Source: an uncultured virus (IMG/VR IMGVR_UViG_3300026097_000002)
Lineage: Duplodnaviria > Heunggongvirae > Uroviricota > Caudoviricetes > Crassvirales
Virus record (IMG/VR): IMGVR_UViG_3300026097_000002
Length of the DNA: 64,000 bases
Direction: 5' to 3' (one strand)
Part shown: positions 48,837-57,150 of the stretch, piece after piece
Position numbering within the stretch: the first letter of the stretch is position 1
How the letters are laid out: each line of letters begins with the position of its first letter
The notes under the pieces: model-generated
Seen by the model: only the letters and a program-made list of their open reading frames with translations
The model's database searches: none
What the model was told of the DNA's origin: nothing
Translations under genes and position numbers: made by a program

Positions 48837-49108
48837 TTGAATTGCTCGTAATAATGGTTAATACTATCGTAGGCGATCTCGTCGCCGGTCTGCTCGTCGA
48901 AGGCGAAGACCTGTATCTGCTCCTCGTCCGTGCGCCCCTCGAATAGGGCTAGGCTTATGCCGTCGTACACCACGTACACGTAGCCGCTCCACTCGTTGTA
49001 GCCCACCTCCTCGATAGACTCTCTATCTACTATGTGGTGTCTGCTGTACAGGTACTCTAGCAGTGCGTTCAGCGAACGTACCTGCCTTAGGTTTCTTAGG
49101 TCAATCAT
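48833..49108 (-). CDS. Acidic early hypothetical protein
   Basis: EVGYNEWSGYVY motif; ATGA overlaps with neighbours. Confidence 0.65.
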   Translation of the reverse strand: MIDLRNLRQVRSLNALLEYLYSRHHIVDRESIEEVGYNEWSGYVYVVYDGISLALFEGRTDEEQIQVFAFDEQTGDEIAYDSINHYYEQFK

Positions 49109-49422
49109 GGCTCAATAAAGTAGTCTTGGTTAAACGTAAACTTCTGCCCTCTGTAGTTAGGGTTAAATACTAAGCGGCCCTTGCCGTCGCGCTTAAGCGC
49201 TATCGCTTCCTGCGTCGTCTGCTCGCACAGCGTCTGTAGCTGTACGCGGGTCAAGCGCTCGTTCTCGTACACTAGCACTAGCGTAGGCTCAACGTCGCCC
49301 TTGTACTCGCCATCGATAAGGCTCCGCTTGACGGGAGCCCTACCCACTAGCTTGTTCAGGGTCTGCGTTATCTCTTCTGTGGTCTTGGGGTTGTTGTTCA
49401 GCCCGATATTTAGTGTTGTCAT
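49105..49422 (-). CDS. Putative SAM lyase/hydrolase-like early protein
   Basis: GEYKGDVEPT...LC...QEAIA...GRLV resembles the G.Y...E.T...Q(D/E)..L...GLV pattern of T3-type SAMases. Confidence 0.45.
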   Translation of the reverse strand: MTTLNIGLNNNPKTTEEITQTLNKLVGRAPVKRSLIDGEYKGDVEPTLVLVYENERLTRVQLQTLCEQTTQEAIALKRDGKGRLVFNPNYRGQKFTFNQDYFIEP

Positions 49423-49999
49423 ATGTGGTTCATTGGTCTAAAGTCCATTGCTCGTACATCGTTGATGTAGCGCTTGCTCAGCACCTTTGATATCACTTGC
49501 ACCACGTAGAACATATCTCTTGGCGCGTTCTCAGGTCTGTTGTCCCAAACGTTTCTAGCTTCTCTTAGTGAGCTCTCTAGCCTCTCAGTGCTAACGCCCT
49601 CACAGGCTCTTCTAAAATCCTTTGCAGGTGTTCCAAAAATTGTAATCATTGCTTTTGAGTTATGGTTAAGACGCGCAAGCGAATTCGCTTCGCTCATACG
49701 CGTTTCGTCCAATAAGGACTCATCAGTTAACCTTTGCTTGACCGGCCGTTATTGTAGATAGACCAATAAACTTCTTGTATCTGAGACTCGGTGTCGATTG
49801 ACTTCATGGTGAAAATGTCCTGCTCGTGCACCTTCTTGGTGCCCCACCTGTTCTCTAGGTAGGTGCTAATCTCGCCGTGCTCGTACATGCTCACCCATTT
49901 ATGCTTTAGGTCTACATCAAAGGTGTACTTGTGTACCTTGCCTTCGGCTAGCTTAAGTTCTTCAGCGATTAGGTTCAGTAGGTCATAGATAGTTTTCAT
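49419..49999 (-). CDS. Two first early hypothetical genes (49419-~49697 and 49727-49999)
   Basis: ORFs downstream of the early promoter. Confidence 0.55.
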
Positions 50000-50240
50000 A
50001 GTGTGTAGTGTTAATGGTTAGTCCCTATGCAAGGTTTCGCTCCTTGGCCACTTAGTGGTAAGCCCGTCGGCACATAGGGTTAGGTATCCGAACCTGATTC
50101 GCCGCGTACTAAGGTCACCCACTTGTTTGTTCGCATATGTTGCGGCCGCATCTTCGTACGGCACTAGTGGTCATCCCTAGGCTAGCAGTAAATCAGTATT
50201 TCAAAGAACGTCCCGACATCATTGTTATCGTTTGACATTG

Positions 50241-50295
50241 CAATGATATGGCAGAATGTTAATACGTGTCAAGTTTTTTTTCAATTATTTTTAAA
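50241..50295 (-). promoter_or_regulatory. Probable strong early promoter
   Basis: Minus strand: A-tract UP element, TTGACA, 18-nt spacer, TATCATTG (near TAnnTTTG). Confidence 0.6.
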
Positions 50296-50810
50296 ATCCC
50301 AGCGTTTATGCGGCCTGCGAGAGGTAAATTTTTTTTTCGATGTTGGATGTTATCAACAAAATATAGGCTCAGCCCACGCTATCAGAGGGATAGGTAGCGA
50401 TTTGGTGGGGGTAATGGCCGCGATACAGGCGTTTAATGGTTGACGTTATGGGGACGGGAGTTATTCCTCATCTCAAGGTACCTTGCAATGCAAAATAATG
50501 CAGAACGAAAACGGTGCTTCATATGCATAAGTAGATTTAAGTAGGTATACACCAGCCACAAACAAAACCTGAAAAGTTTGACTTCATTACATATATATAG
50601 GAGGGGGGTGGGTAAATAGAAACGACTTTCCTGTGGCGCGCGTGTACGTGAAATATATATATAACCCATTTTCTACATATATCTGATGGTCAAAATACCC
50701 TTCCCTGATGGTCAGAATTCGATGTCGAAAATGATGTCGATTTTTTAGTTAGGGGTCAATTTAGGCTTGTCTGGAATAATTCTAAATAAGCGTTAGGGGT
50801 AAAATAGGCT

Positions 50811-50963
50811 AAAATCGACACCAGAAAGCAAAATCGACACCAAATCGACACCAAGAAATCCCAGTGTTTATAGGGTCTACGAGAGGTGGTGTCGAAAATG
50901 TCGATTTTTTTACTCCTTGACAGCCAAAAAAAAAGAAATAAGTAATTAAAAAATAAAAAAGAA
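50811..50963. repeat. Iteron-rich element B (inverted copy of 46008-46150)
   Basis: AAAATCGACACCAGA..AAAATCGACACCAAATCGACACC...GGTGTCGAAAATGTCGATTTT...ATTAAAAAATAAAAAAGAA. Confidence 0.85.
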
Positions 50964-51006
50964 TATAGGGAAAATTCGTCACCGGCACCTTTCATATCTT
51001 TGTGGT

Positions 51007-51135
51007 ATGATCAGCATTATTTTACAGCCTCCTCATGCGATGCTAATTGGGTGGGAGAGGATACGGTACGAGGAGGGTAGGTCTCTATGTATTCATTTAT
51101 TACTTATTTCGATAGAATTTACGAAATTGGATTAG
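51007..51135 (+). CDS. 42-aa hypothetical protein (not in ORF track)
   Basis: MISIILQPPHAMLIGWE...; TATCTTTG box at 50995. Confidence 0.5.
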   Translation: MISIILQPPHAMLIGWERIRYEEGRSLCIHLLLISIEFTKLD

Positions 51136-51169
51136 TTTTTGCGTATATTTGCGCATCAAATTGAATCTA

Positions 51170-52732
51170 ATGATCGAAAAAGACATACACTATGACCGTG
51201 AGGCGCGAGAAAAACTGGCTTCAGGCATAAATAAGATCGCTGACGCTGTGAAAACAACCTTAGGCGCGGCGGGAAACACTGTAATCTTAGAAGACGAGCT
51301 AGGCAGGCCTCACATCACCAAGGACGGGGTAACTGTTGCTAGGTCTGTGAACCTATCTGACCCTGTTGAGCACCTAGGTGCCTCTATTATGCGTCAGGCT
51401 TCCATAAAGACGGCGGACGAGGCCGGTGACGGCACCACCACGTCGATGGTTATAGCCCAGTCTCTGGTTAAAAACGCCTTCGAGGCTATAGATTCGGAGC
51501 AGGGGATCAGTGTGAACCAGCTGAGAAGGGACCTAGAGGTGCTCTCTAAGGCTGTTATAGCGGACCTGGAGAAGGTGGCTATACCTGTGACGGACGATAT
51601 GCTGGACAACGTGGCTGCGATATCGGCTAACAACGACACGGAGCTAGGGAAGATCATCGCTAACGCCTACAAGGAGGTTGGTGTGGATGGTGCGGTGACG
51701 ATCGAGCAGTCGATGTCTATGGAGACCTACACGGAGATCGTTGAGGGTACACGTATCAAGAGGGGGTTCCACTCGCCCTATATGGTGACCGACAAGGAAA
51801 AGAACCAAGCTATACTGGAGCGTCCTCTGGTGATGGTATCGGACAAGACGGTGACCTCTATCGACGACATAGAGCCTATCCTGATGGTTGCGGTGCGCTC
51901 AAAGAGGCCACTGCTGATCGTAGCGGACGTAGACATCCCTGTGATGAACACGCTGAACGTGAACAAGGCCAAGGGGGTGATACAGGTGAACGTTGTGGCC
52001 CCGGAGGGGGTGGGTATGAACAGGTTCGAGCTTCTAGAAGACCTAGCGGTGATGACCAGCGCTGTTCTGATATCCGACGAGACGGGTAACGACTTCTCTG
52101 CGGTCGACGAGAGCTTCCTAGGTGAGGCCAAAAAGTCAGTAAGTACTGACAGAGAGACGGTTATAACGCTGGATGGCGAAAAAACCGCTAGCGCGGTTAA
52201 GGAAAGAGCGGATATGGTGAGGCAGCTTATCAAGAAGAACGAGGACAAGTACAACCTTTGGCACCACAAGGATAGGCTATCTAGACTGGCTGGAGGAGTT
52301 GCAGCGATATACGTAGGTGCGCTGACCGAGGTAGAGATGAAGGAGAAAAAAGACCGCGTAGAGGACGCCATACACGCCACAAGGGCTGCCCTATCTGAAG
52401 GAATAGTATCCGGCGGAGGGGTTGCGCTGTATAACATAGCTGACAGGGTAAGTAAGTCAGCAGCCGGTACAATCCTCTCAGAGGCTCTCAGAACTCCTGT
52501 AAGGCAGATTCTCACCAACGCTGGGGTAGACATACCATCGTTCGAACAAAAGGTCCTTAGATCGCGTAAAAAAGGCTACGGGTTAGATGTGAAGAGGATG
52601 AAGTACGGGAACATGATCGATATGGGGATCATCGACCCGCTTAAGGTGACTAAAAACGCGGTGCTGAACTCAGTTTCGGTGGCGGTGACTATACTAACTA
52701 CGAACTGTGTCGTATCAAACAAGAGAGCATGA
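51170..52732 (+). CDS. groEL: Phage chaperonin GroEL (start ATG 51170)
   Basis: ITKDGVTVA, AGDGTTT, ISANND, E.KEKKDRVEDA, GIVSGGG, GIIDPLKV; TATATTTG box at 51144. Confidence 0.97.
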   Translation: MIEKDIHYDREAREKLASGINKIADAVKTTLGAAGNTVILEDELGRPHITKDGVTVARSVNLSDPVEHLGASIMRQASIKTADEAGDGTTTSMVIAQSLVKNAFEAIDSEQGISVNQLRRDLEVLSKAVIADLEKVAIPVTDDMLDNVAAISANNDTELGKIIANAYKEVGVDGAVTIEQSMSMETYTEIVEGTRIKRGFHSPYMVTDKEKNQAILERPLVMVSDKTVTSIDDIEPILMVAVRSKRPLLIVADVDIPVMNTLNVNKAKGVIQVNVVAPEGVGMNRFELLEDLAVMTSAVLISDETGNDFSAVDESFLGEAKKSVSTDRETVITLDGEKTASAVKERADMVRQLIKKNEDKYNLWHHKDRLSRLAGGVAAIYVGALTEVEMKEKKDRVEDAIHATRAALSEGIVSGGGVALYNIADRVSKSAAGTILSEALRTPVRQILTNAGVDIPSFEQKVLRSRKKGYGLDVKRMKYGNMIDMGIIDPLKVTKNAVLNSVSVAVTILTTNCVVSNKRA

Positions 52733-52986
52733 AAGCAATAGGATCATATGTGGTGGTAGAGCCGCAGAAGGAAGAAGTAAAGACCAAGGGAGGGCTGATA
52801 CTGACCGAGGCGAACGAGATGAACCTCAGGTACAGGCTAGCTACCGTTGTGTCGGCTGGTGATGAGGTGAAGGACCTGTCTGACGGTGACGGTATCTACT
52901 ACGACAGCGCCGCTGGCTCTGAAATACGCATCGAGGGCAAGAAGTACGTGGTGGTCCACGAGCGGCAGGTAGTTGTGAAGATTTAG
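52729..52986 (+). CDS. groES: Co-chaperonin GroES
   Basis: KTKGGLIL mobile loop; ATGA-coupled to groEL. Confidence 0.92.
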   Translation: MKAIGSYVVVEPQKEEVKTKGGLILTEANEMNLRYRLATVVSAGDEVKDLSDGDGIYYDSAAGSEIRIEGKKYVVVHERQVVVKI

Positions 52987-53001
52987 TATCTTTGTGGTCC
53001 T

Positions 53002-53133
53002 ATGAAGGACAAGTGTTACTACAAGGTCAAATCAAGGTACAGGGTGTTCCCGTCTGCTTACGCAAGCGGTGCGATCGCTAAGTGCCGTAAGGTAGGTGCT
53101 AAAAATTGGGGTAGTGGCAGTAAGAAAAAGTGA
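53002..53133 (+). CDS. 43-aa basic protein (not in ORF track)
   Basis: MKDKCYYKVKSRYRVFPSAYASGAIAKCRKVGAKNWG; TATCTTTG box at 52987. Confidence 0.7.
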   Translation: MKDKCYYKVKSRYRVFPSAYASGAIAKCRKVGAKNWGSGSKKK

Positions 53134-53383
53134 AAAAGGACTAGCGCTGAAGCGTTGGTTCAAGGAGGAGTGGACCGACGTACGTACAGGTAAGCCTTGC
53201 GGCAGATCTGAGGGCGAGAAGAGGGGTACACCTTACTGCAGGCCGAAGAAACGAGTGTCATCAAAGACACCTAAGACCGTATCTGAGCTTACGCCATCTG
53301 AGAAAAGAAGCAGGGTAGCTGAGAAAAAAAGATTAGGGCAGCCTAAGGGCAAGCCTAGAAGAGTAAAACCACTAAATAGATAA
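53114..53383 (+). CDS. Basic protein, DUF5872-like (probable GTG start)
   Basis: LKRWFKEEW.DV.TGK.CGR...PYCRP.KRVSSKTPKT. Confidence 0.65.
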   Translation: MAVRKSEKGLALKRWFKEEWTDVRTGKPCGRSEGEKRGTPYCRPKKRVSSKTPKTVSELTPSEKRSRVAEKKRLGQPKGKPRRVKPLNR

Positions 53384-53387
53384 ACAT

Positions 53388-53669
53388 ATGTTACTAATTG
53401 TTATTGCCTTGGTACCTGTGCTTGCTGGACTAGTATTTCTAGCTATCAAGGCTAAGAACTCTGGGTTCCTAGATGACGCTAACGGGAACTACGTACCTGA
53501 TGTCGTAGAGGACAAGGCTAAGAAAATTAAAGACGAGATTACCTCAAGAGCTAAGGAGGTATCTAAAGAAGTTGCAGACGTAGGCGCTGCGGTTAAGGAG
53601 GTAGGTAAGCAAGCCTCACACATCCCAGGTGCTGTTTCTGGTAAGCGCAGATCTGGTAGACAGAAGTAA
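53388..53669 (+). CDS. Membrane-anchored hypothetical protein
   Basis: N-terminal TM helix, amphipathic helix, basic tail. Confidence 0.65.
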   Translation: MLLIVIALVPVLAGLVFLAIKAKNSGFLDDANGNYVPDVVEDKAKKIKDEITSRAKEVSKEVADVGAAVKEVGKQASHIPGAVSGKRRSGRQK

Positions 53670-53697
53670 GTCTTTACAAGATACATCTTGCAATAAC

Positions 53698-54192
53698 CTA
53701 AGAATCACCCTCCTCCTCGGAGGGTTTTTTATTCATCTTCTTTATGAGTCTCCTGTAGATCTTATCCATGTAGTTGTCTGACTTAAACACCTCGTTACGG
53801 TACTTATCCTCAGATATAGGCTCCTCCTGAGTTAGTTTCTTGTAGGTCTGGTTACAGATAAGCTTCGCGTGCTGCGTGAGCTCGTACAGGTTAGCGTACC
53901 CTTCCTTTCTACGGTCGCGCCACTTCCTGATAAACCCTCTATCCATAAGGTCCTCGAAGCGTCCACGCTTCCACGATATACACTCCTCGAAGTTCTTGAA
54001 GTCTGTCTTAGTGAACACGTTCTCGTCGTAGAGGTAGAGCAGCAGCTCGAGCTCAGGGTAGCTTATCTTGTACTGCTTTGTGATGTAGTACCTCACCACC
54101 CTCCAGTACTTTAAGAAGTTGTGCTCCTTCGGGCGGGGCTGATACTTAGGTGTCTTGCCTCGCTTCTTGTCTACGTAGTATCTTCTGTACAT
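53698..54192 (-). CDS. Winged-helix (MarR-like) regulator candidate (start ATG 54192)
   Basis: ISYPELELLLYLY...LMDRGFI...LYELT..AK; only minus-strand gene in the late arm. Confidence 0.55.
   Translation of the reverse strand: MYRRYYVDKKRGKTPKYQPRPKEHNFLKYWRVVRYYITKQYKISYPELELLLYLYDENVFTKTDFKNFEECISWKRGRFEDLMDRGFIRKWRDRRKEGYANLYELTQHAKLICNQTYKKLTQEEPISEDKYRNEVFKSDNYMDKIYRRLIKKMNKKPSEEEGDS
53707..53730 (+). terminator. Terminator at convergent junction
   Basis: ACCCTCC-tcctc-GGAGGGT-TTTTT. Confidence 0.7.
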
Positions 54193-54198
54193 GAAGAA

Positions 54199-54222
54199 CA
54201 AATATAAAAATTATTACCTTTG
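54199..54222. promoter_or_regulatory. Back-to-back divergent -7 boxes
   Basis: CAAATATA (minus TATATTTG) at 54199-54206 and TACCTTTG at 54215-54222. Confidence 0.6.
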
Positions 54223-54240
54223 CATCAAAGAAAAAATACA

Positions 54241-54378
54241 ATGATTACAGGTATAAAAAGAGAGATGATGCGCATCAAGGACCGTAAGAAGCAGGAGAAG
54301 CTTGCTGAGGAACTCAACGAGATGATCGTCAAGGAATCATTTAAACAGCAGATGGATTATACCTCTAAAAAAGGGTAG
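54241..54378 (+). CDS. 45-aa hypothetical protein
   Basis: [20 protein letters not shown]...; A-rich start context. Confidence 0.55.
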   Translation: MITGIKREMMRIKDRKKQEKLAEELNEMIVKESFKQQMDYTSKKG

Positions 54379-54478
54379 GTCAAAGAAGGTTGTATCACAG
54401 AACATACGGAAGCTTATGGGGGAGGGATACCCTCAGAAACAAGCCGTAGCTATAGCATTAAGTAAAAGTGGCAAATAA
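54359..54478 (+). CDS. Small basic protein of the [21 protein letters not shown] type with ATA start
   Basis: (I)[38 protein letters not shown]. Confidence 0.6.
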   Translation: MPLKKGRSKKVVSQNIRKLMGEGYPQKQAVAIALSKSGK

Positions 54479-54734
54479 AGCGAACATGAAGTGCAACAGA
54501 CCTATGAAGTCTGACCGCGCTGGAAAGAAGAAGATGGTTAAGGCCTGCGCTAACGGCAAGGAGAAGCTGGTTCACTTTGGCGCCACTGGTTACGGGCACA
54601 ACTACTCTAAGGAGGCACGTAAGTCTTTCAAGGCAAGGCACAAGTGTAGCACCGCTAAAGATAAACTAACAGCTCGCTACTGGGCCTGTAAACATTTATG
54701 GGCTGGTAAGGGAGGATCAACTAAGCAGCCGTGA
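54468..54734 (+). CDS. Small basic protein (DUF6321/DUF5754-like)
   Basis: KLVHFGA.GY...[10 protein letters not shown]....KLTARYWAC. Confidence 0.65.
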   Translation: MANKANMKCNRPMKSDRAGKKKMVKACANGKEKLVHFGATGYGHNYSKEARKSFKARHKCSTAKDKLTARYWACKHLWAGKGGSTKQP

Positions 54735-54976
54735 AAGGAAGAACGCAGAGATACTACGACGCTAACCCTGAGGCTAAGGCTAAGAAGGCTAAGTACGACG
54801 CTAAGTTTCAGAAAAAGCGTGAGCAGGTTAAAAAGCGCGTAGAGGCGAACAGGTTTAATAGAAACAATCCTAACTCTGTGATAGGGGATAGGCTGGACGC
54901 TTCTCATAGAAACGGACGTATTGTTTTAGAAAGTCAGTATACTAATAGAGCCAGAGGAGGCAGAAACAGGAGATAA
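54731..54976 (+). CDS. Small basic protein with HNH-like C-terminus
   Basis: GD.LDASH...NRAR. Confidence 0.55.
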   Translation: MKGRTQRYYDANPEAKAKKAKYDAKFQKKREQVKKRVEANRFNRNNPNSVIGDRLDASHRNGRIVLESQYTNRARGGRNRR

Positions 54977-54977
54977 G

Positions 54978-55280
54978 ATGGGGGATTACATTCAGGTCGT
55001 AGTAACTCTTATTGGTGTCTTGGGAAGTGCGTCTATCTGGAAGTACATGGAGGCAAGATTCCGTGCTAGAAATGAAAACCGAAAAACCGAAAACGACACC
55101 GTGCAGTTTAGAGACGACCTGAAACACCGAGTACGAAACCTTGAAGCGTTACTATCCGAATCCGGAAGCGAGAAGGATGAACTAAGAGAGCAGGTACTTG
55201 CGCTTACCGCAGAGGTACACGCCCTTAGAGTAGAGGTGGACTACCTTAAGAAAGAGAACGAACGACTAAAGATGAAGTAG
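54978..55280 (+). CDS. TM + coiled-coil protein (holin/antiholin-associated)
   Basis: N-terminal TM and long coiled coil, upstream of endolysin. Confidence 0.55.
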   Translation: MGDYIQVVVTLIGVLGSASIWKYMEARFRARNENRKTENDTVQFRDDLKHRVRNLEALLSESGSEKDELREQVLALTAEVHALRVEVDYLKKENERLKMK

Positions 55281-55281
55281 T

Positions 55282-55491
55282 ATGGAAAAAAACTTTAGAC
55301 AGGGATGGAAGACCACGCTTATAGGTCTTATCCTGCTACTTGTAGATATATACTACCTGATAGAAAAAAACGGCAGCGCGATGATATTCTTTGGGCTACT
55401 TGTTGTATCTTTCGGGCTGTTCTTCGCTCCTGATGACCTAATCAAGGGCGTCAAGAACCTAATCAAAAAGAACCAGGATAAACAGTTTTGA
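55282..55491 (+). CDS. Putative holin
   Basis: Two TM helices, WKTTLIG motif, adjacent to endolysin. Confidence 0.6.
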   Translation: MEKNFRQGWKTTLIGLILLLVDIYYLIEKNGSAMIFFGLLVVSFGLFFAPDDLIKGVKNLIKKNQDKQF

Positions 55492-55946
55492 GGATATCAA
55501 AGCACATCTCCTACAAGGAGGCTACCCAGAGTCAGACGGCTACTAGGCTAGGGATACCTAACGTTCCTAGTCAGTACGATGTTCAGAATATGCAGCTGCT
55601 TGCTGAGAAGGTGTTCGAGCCGCTAAGGGAGTTCTTTGACGTGCCTATATACGTGAGCTCGTTCTACCGATCCAGGGAGATGAACAAGGCTATCGGGGGG
55701 AGTTCACGGTCTCAGCACTGCGAGGGCAGAGCGATTGACCTAGACGACGTGTACGGTGGGGTAACTAACGCAGAGATGTTTCAGTTCATCGCGAACATAC
55801 TAGACTACGATCAACTCATATGGGAATTCGGGAACGACGAGAACCCAGCGTGGGTACACGTGTCTTATGTGAGCGAGGACCAGAACAGGAAACAGATGCT
55901 AAGGGCCACTAAGAAAAACGGTAAGACAATATATGAACCACTATGA
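55488..55946 (+). CDS. Endolysin, peptidase M15A family
   Basis: SSFYRS..N.AIGG...SQH..G.AID, DQLIWEF, WVHVS. Confidence 0.9.
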   Translation: MRISKHISYKEATQSQTATRLGIPNVPSQYDVQNMQLLAEKVFEPLREFFDVPIYVSSFYRSREMNKAIGGSSRSQHCEGRAIDLDDVYGGVTNAEMFQFIANILDYDQLIWEFGNDENPAWVHVSYVSEDQNRKQMLRATKKNGKTIYEPL

Positions 55947-56347
55947 GGTACGCTTTAGTGATGCTCCTCTTGCTAAGCTCCTGCTCGGTAAAGAAAAAGG
56001 TACTGTCACAGAAGACAGACACCACTGTTACTGTCAAGCGGAGAGATACTGTTGTTGTGAACTCGCAACTTGATGAGGTAGAGGTAGAGGTTCAGGACAC
56101 CGACCAGCCGGTTACCGTAAAGTTCGTCAGTGAGAACAGGCCGCCTGTTACAAGAACCTTCACCAACGTTAAGTCTGTTAAGATCAGCAACAAGCTTTCT
56201 AGGGAGGTTTCGCTTATCGATCAGGACATCAAGACTGAGGAGCGGAGGGTCGAGAAGAGCAGGGATGTCGATAAAAATAACTACCTTTGGGCTGTATTAA
56301 TCGTAGCGGTAATATGGCTAAGCAGCATGTTCAGATTCAGAAGATAG
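55943..56347 (+). CDS. Lipoprotein with C-terminal TM (unimolecular spanin candidate)
   Basis: Lipobox LLSSC, beta-rich middle, C-terminal YLWAVLIVAVIWL + basic tail. Confidence 0.6.
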   Translation: MRYALVMLLLLSSCSVKKKVLSQKTDTTVTVKRRDTVVVNSQLDEVEVEVQDTDQPVTVKFVSENRPPVTRTFTNVKSVKISNKLSREVSLIDQDIKTEERRVEKSRDVDKNNYLWAVLIVAVIWLSSMFRFRR

Positions 56348-56448
56348 TTCGGAATATAAGCCGACCAGGCGTCCACGCAAAGACTAAAACGTCTTCCAAT
56401 AAAGCAAGCAAGAACTACAAGAAACCTTATAAAGGTCAGGGACGTTAA
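56314..56448 (+). CDS. 44-aa basic protein (not in ORF track)
   Basis: RPGVHAKTKTSSNKASKNYKKPYKGQGR; TACCTTTG box at 56282. Confidence 0.7.
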   Translation: MAKQHVQIQKIVRNISRPGVHAKTKTSSNKASKNYKKPYKGQGR

Positions 56449-57149
56449 TGGCAAGAATCAGTACATACGATAAGGACCAGAAAGTCAATCCTGAAGATAA
56501 GTGGATAGGGTCAGACGCTAACAACGGCTTCGCTACGAAGAACTTCACCGCTAGAGACGTTGCGTTCTACTTAAACCAGTTCAATGAGGTAGGTGTAGGT
56601 AGCCAGATAAACTTTGAGTTCGCTATAGACCTAACGGAAGGTGTGTTACCGGGTACCATTGCGGTGGGGACGGGTAACGTAAACAACCTAGCTATATCTA
56701 CGGTTACACAGCTAAGGATCAATAAGTTTACCGTAGACGGTAAGCTGATACTAGAATACATTCAGTACCTCGTTAACGAGGAGATCATACTATTCAACAC
56801 CTCAGACAGGAACAACTTCGGTCACTTTAAGTTTGTATCTTTGCAGGAGGAGTCTGAGAACGTATACATCGCCACCCTAGAGCTTATAGCCGCTAACGGC
56901 GTTCTTGTGGACGGTAGGGTATATGGTTTTGGACTATTCCTAAAGGGTTCTAAGGATAAGCACTACAGACATATTCAGGGGGCATCTAGTAATGTGTGGA
57001 CGATAAACCACGGGCTACAAAAGTTTCCAGCTGTGGTTGTTAAGGACTCTGCAGGCACGATAGTTATAGGAGAAATAAATTACGTAGATACAAACAATAT
57101 AATACTAACATTCTCTGGATCATTTTCCGGTGAAGCATATTTAAACTAA
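56448..57149 (+). CDS. Structural protein (tail fibre base/adaptor-like)
   Basis: MARISTY...DKWIGSD N-terminus; WTINHGL.KFP.V.V.D...F...FSG.AYLN C-terminus. Confidence 0.6.
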   Translation: MARISTYDKDQKVNPEDKWIGSDANNGFATKNFTARDVAFYLNQFNEVGVGSQINFEFAIDLTEGVLPGTIAVGTGNVNNLAISTVTQLRINKFTVDGKLILEYIQYLVNEEIILFNTSDRNNFGHFKFVSLQEESENVYIATLELIAANGVLVDGRVYGFGLFLKGSKDKHYRHIQGASSNVWTINHGLQKFPAVVVKDSAGTIVIGEINYVDTNNIILTFSGSFSGEAYLN

Positions 57150-57150
57150 G

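Noticed and set aside
46064..50910. CRISPR array from the TCGAC repeats
   Set aside because: Units are 9-15 bp, irregularly spaced and in both orientations; no spacers or cas genes
50222..50995. Three ORFs in the divergence region
   Set aside because: Low-complexity translations across promoter, iteron and A/T tracts; likely non-coding
51394..52533. Long antisense ORFs over groEL and other core genes
   Set aside because: Overlap well-supported genes and have no motifs; expected from codon bias
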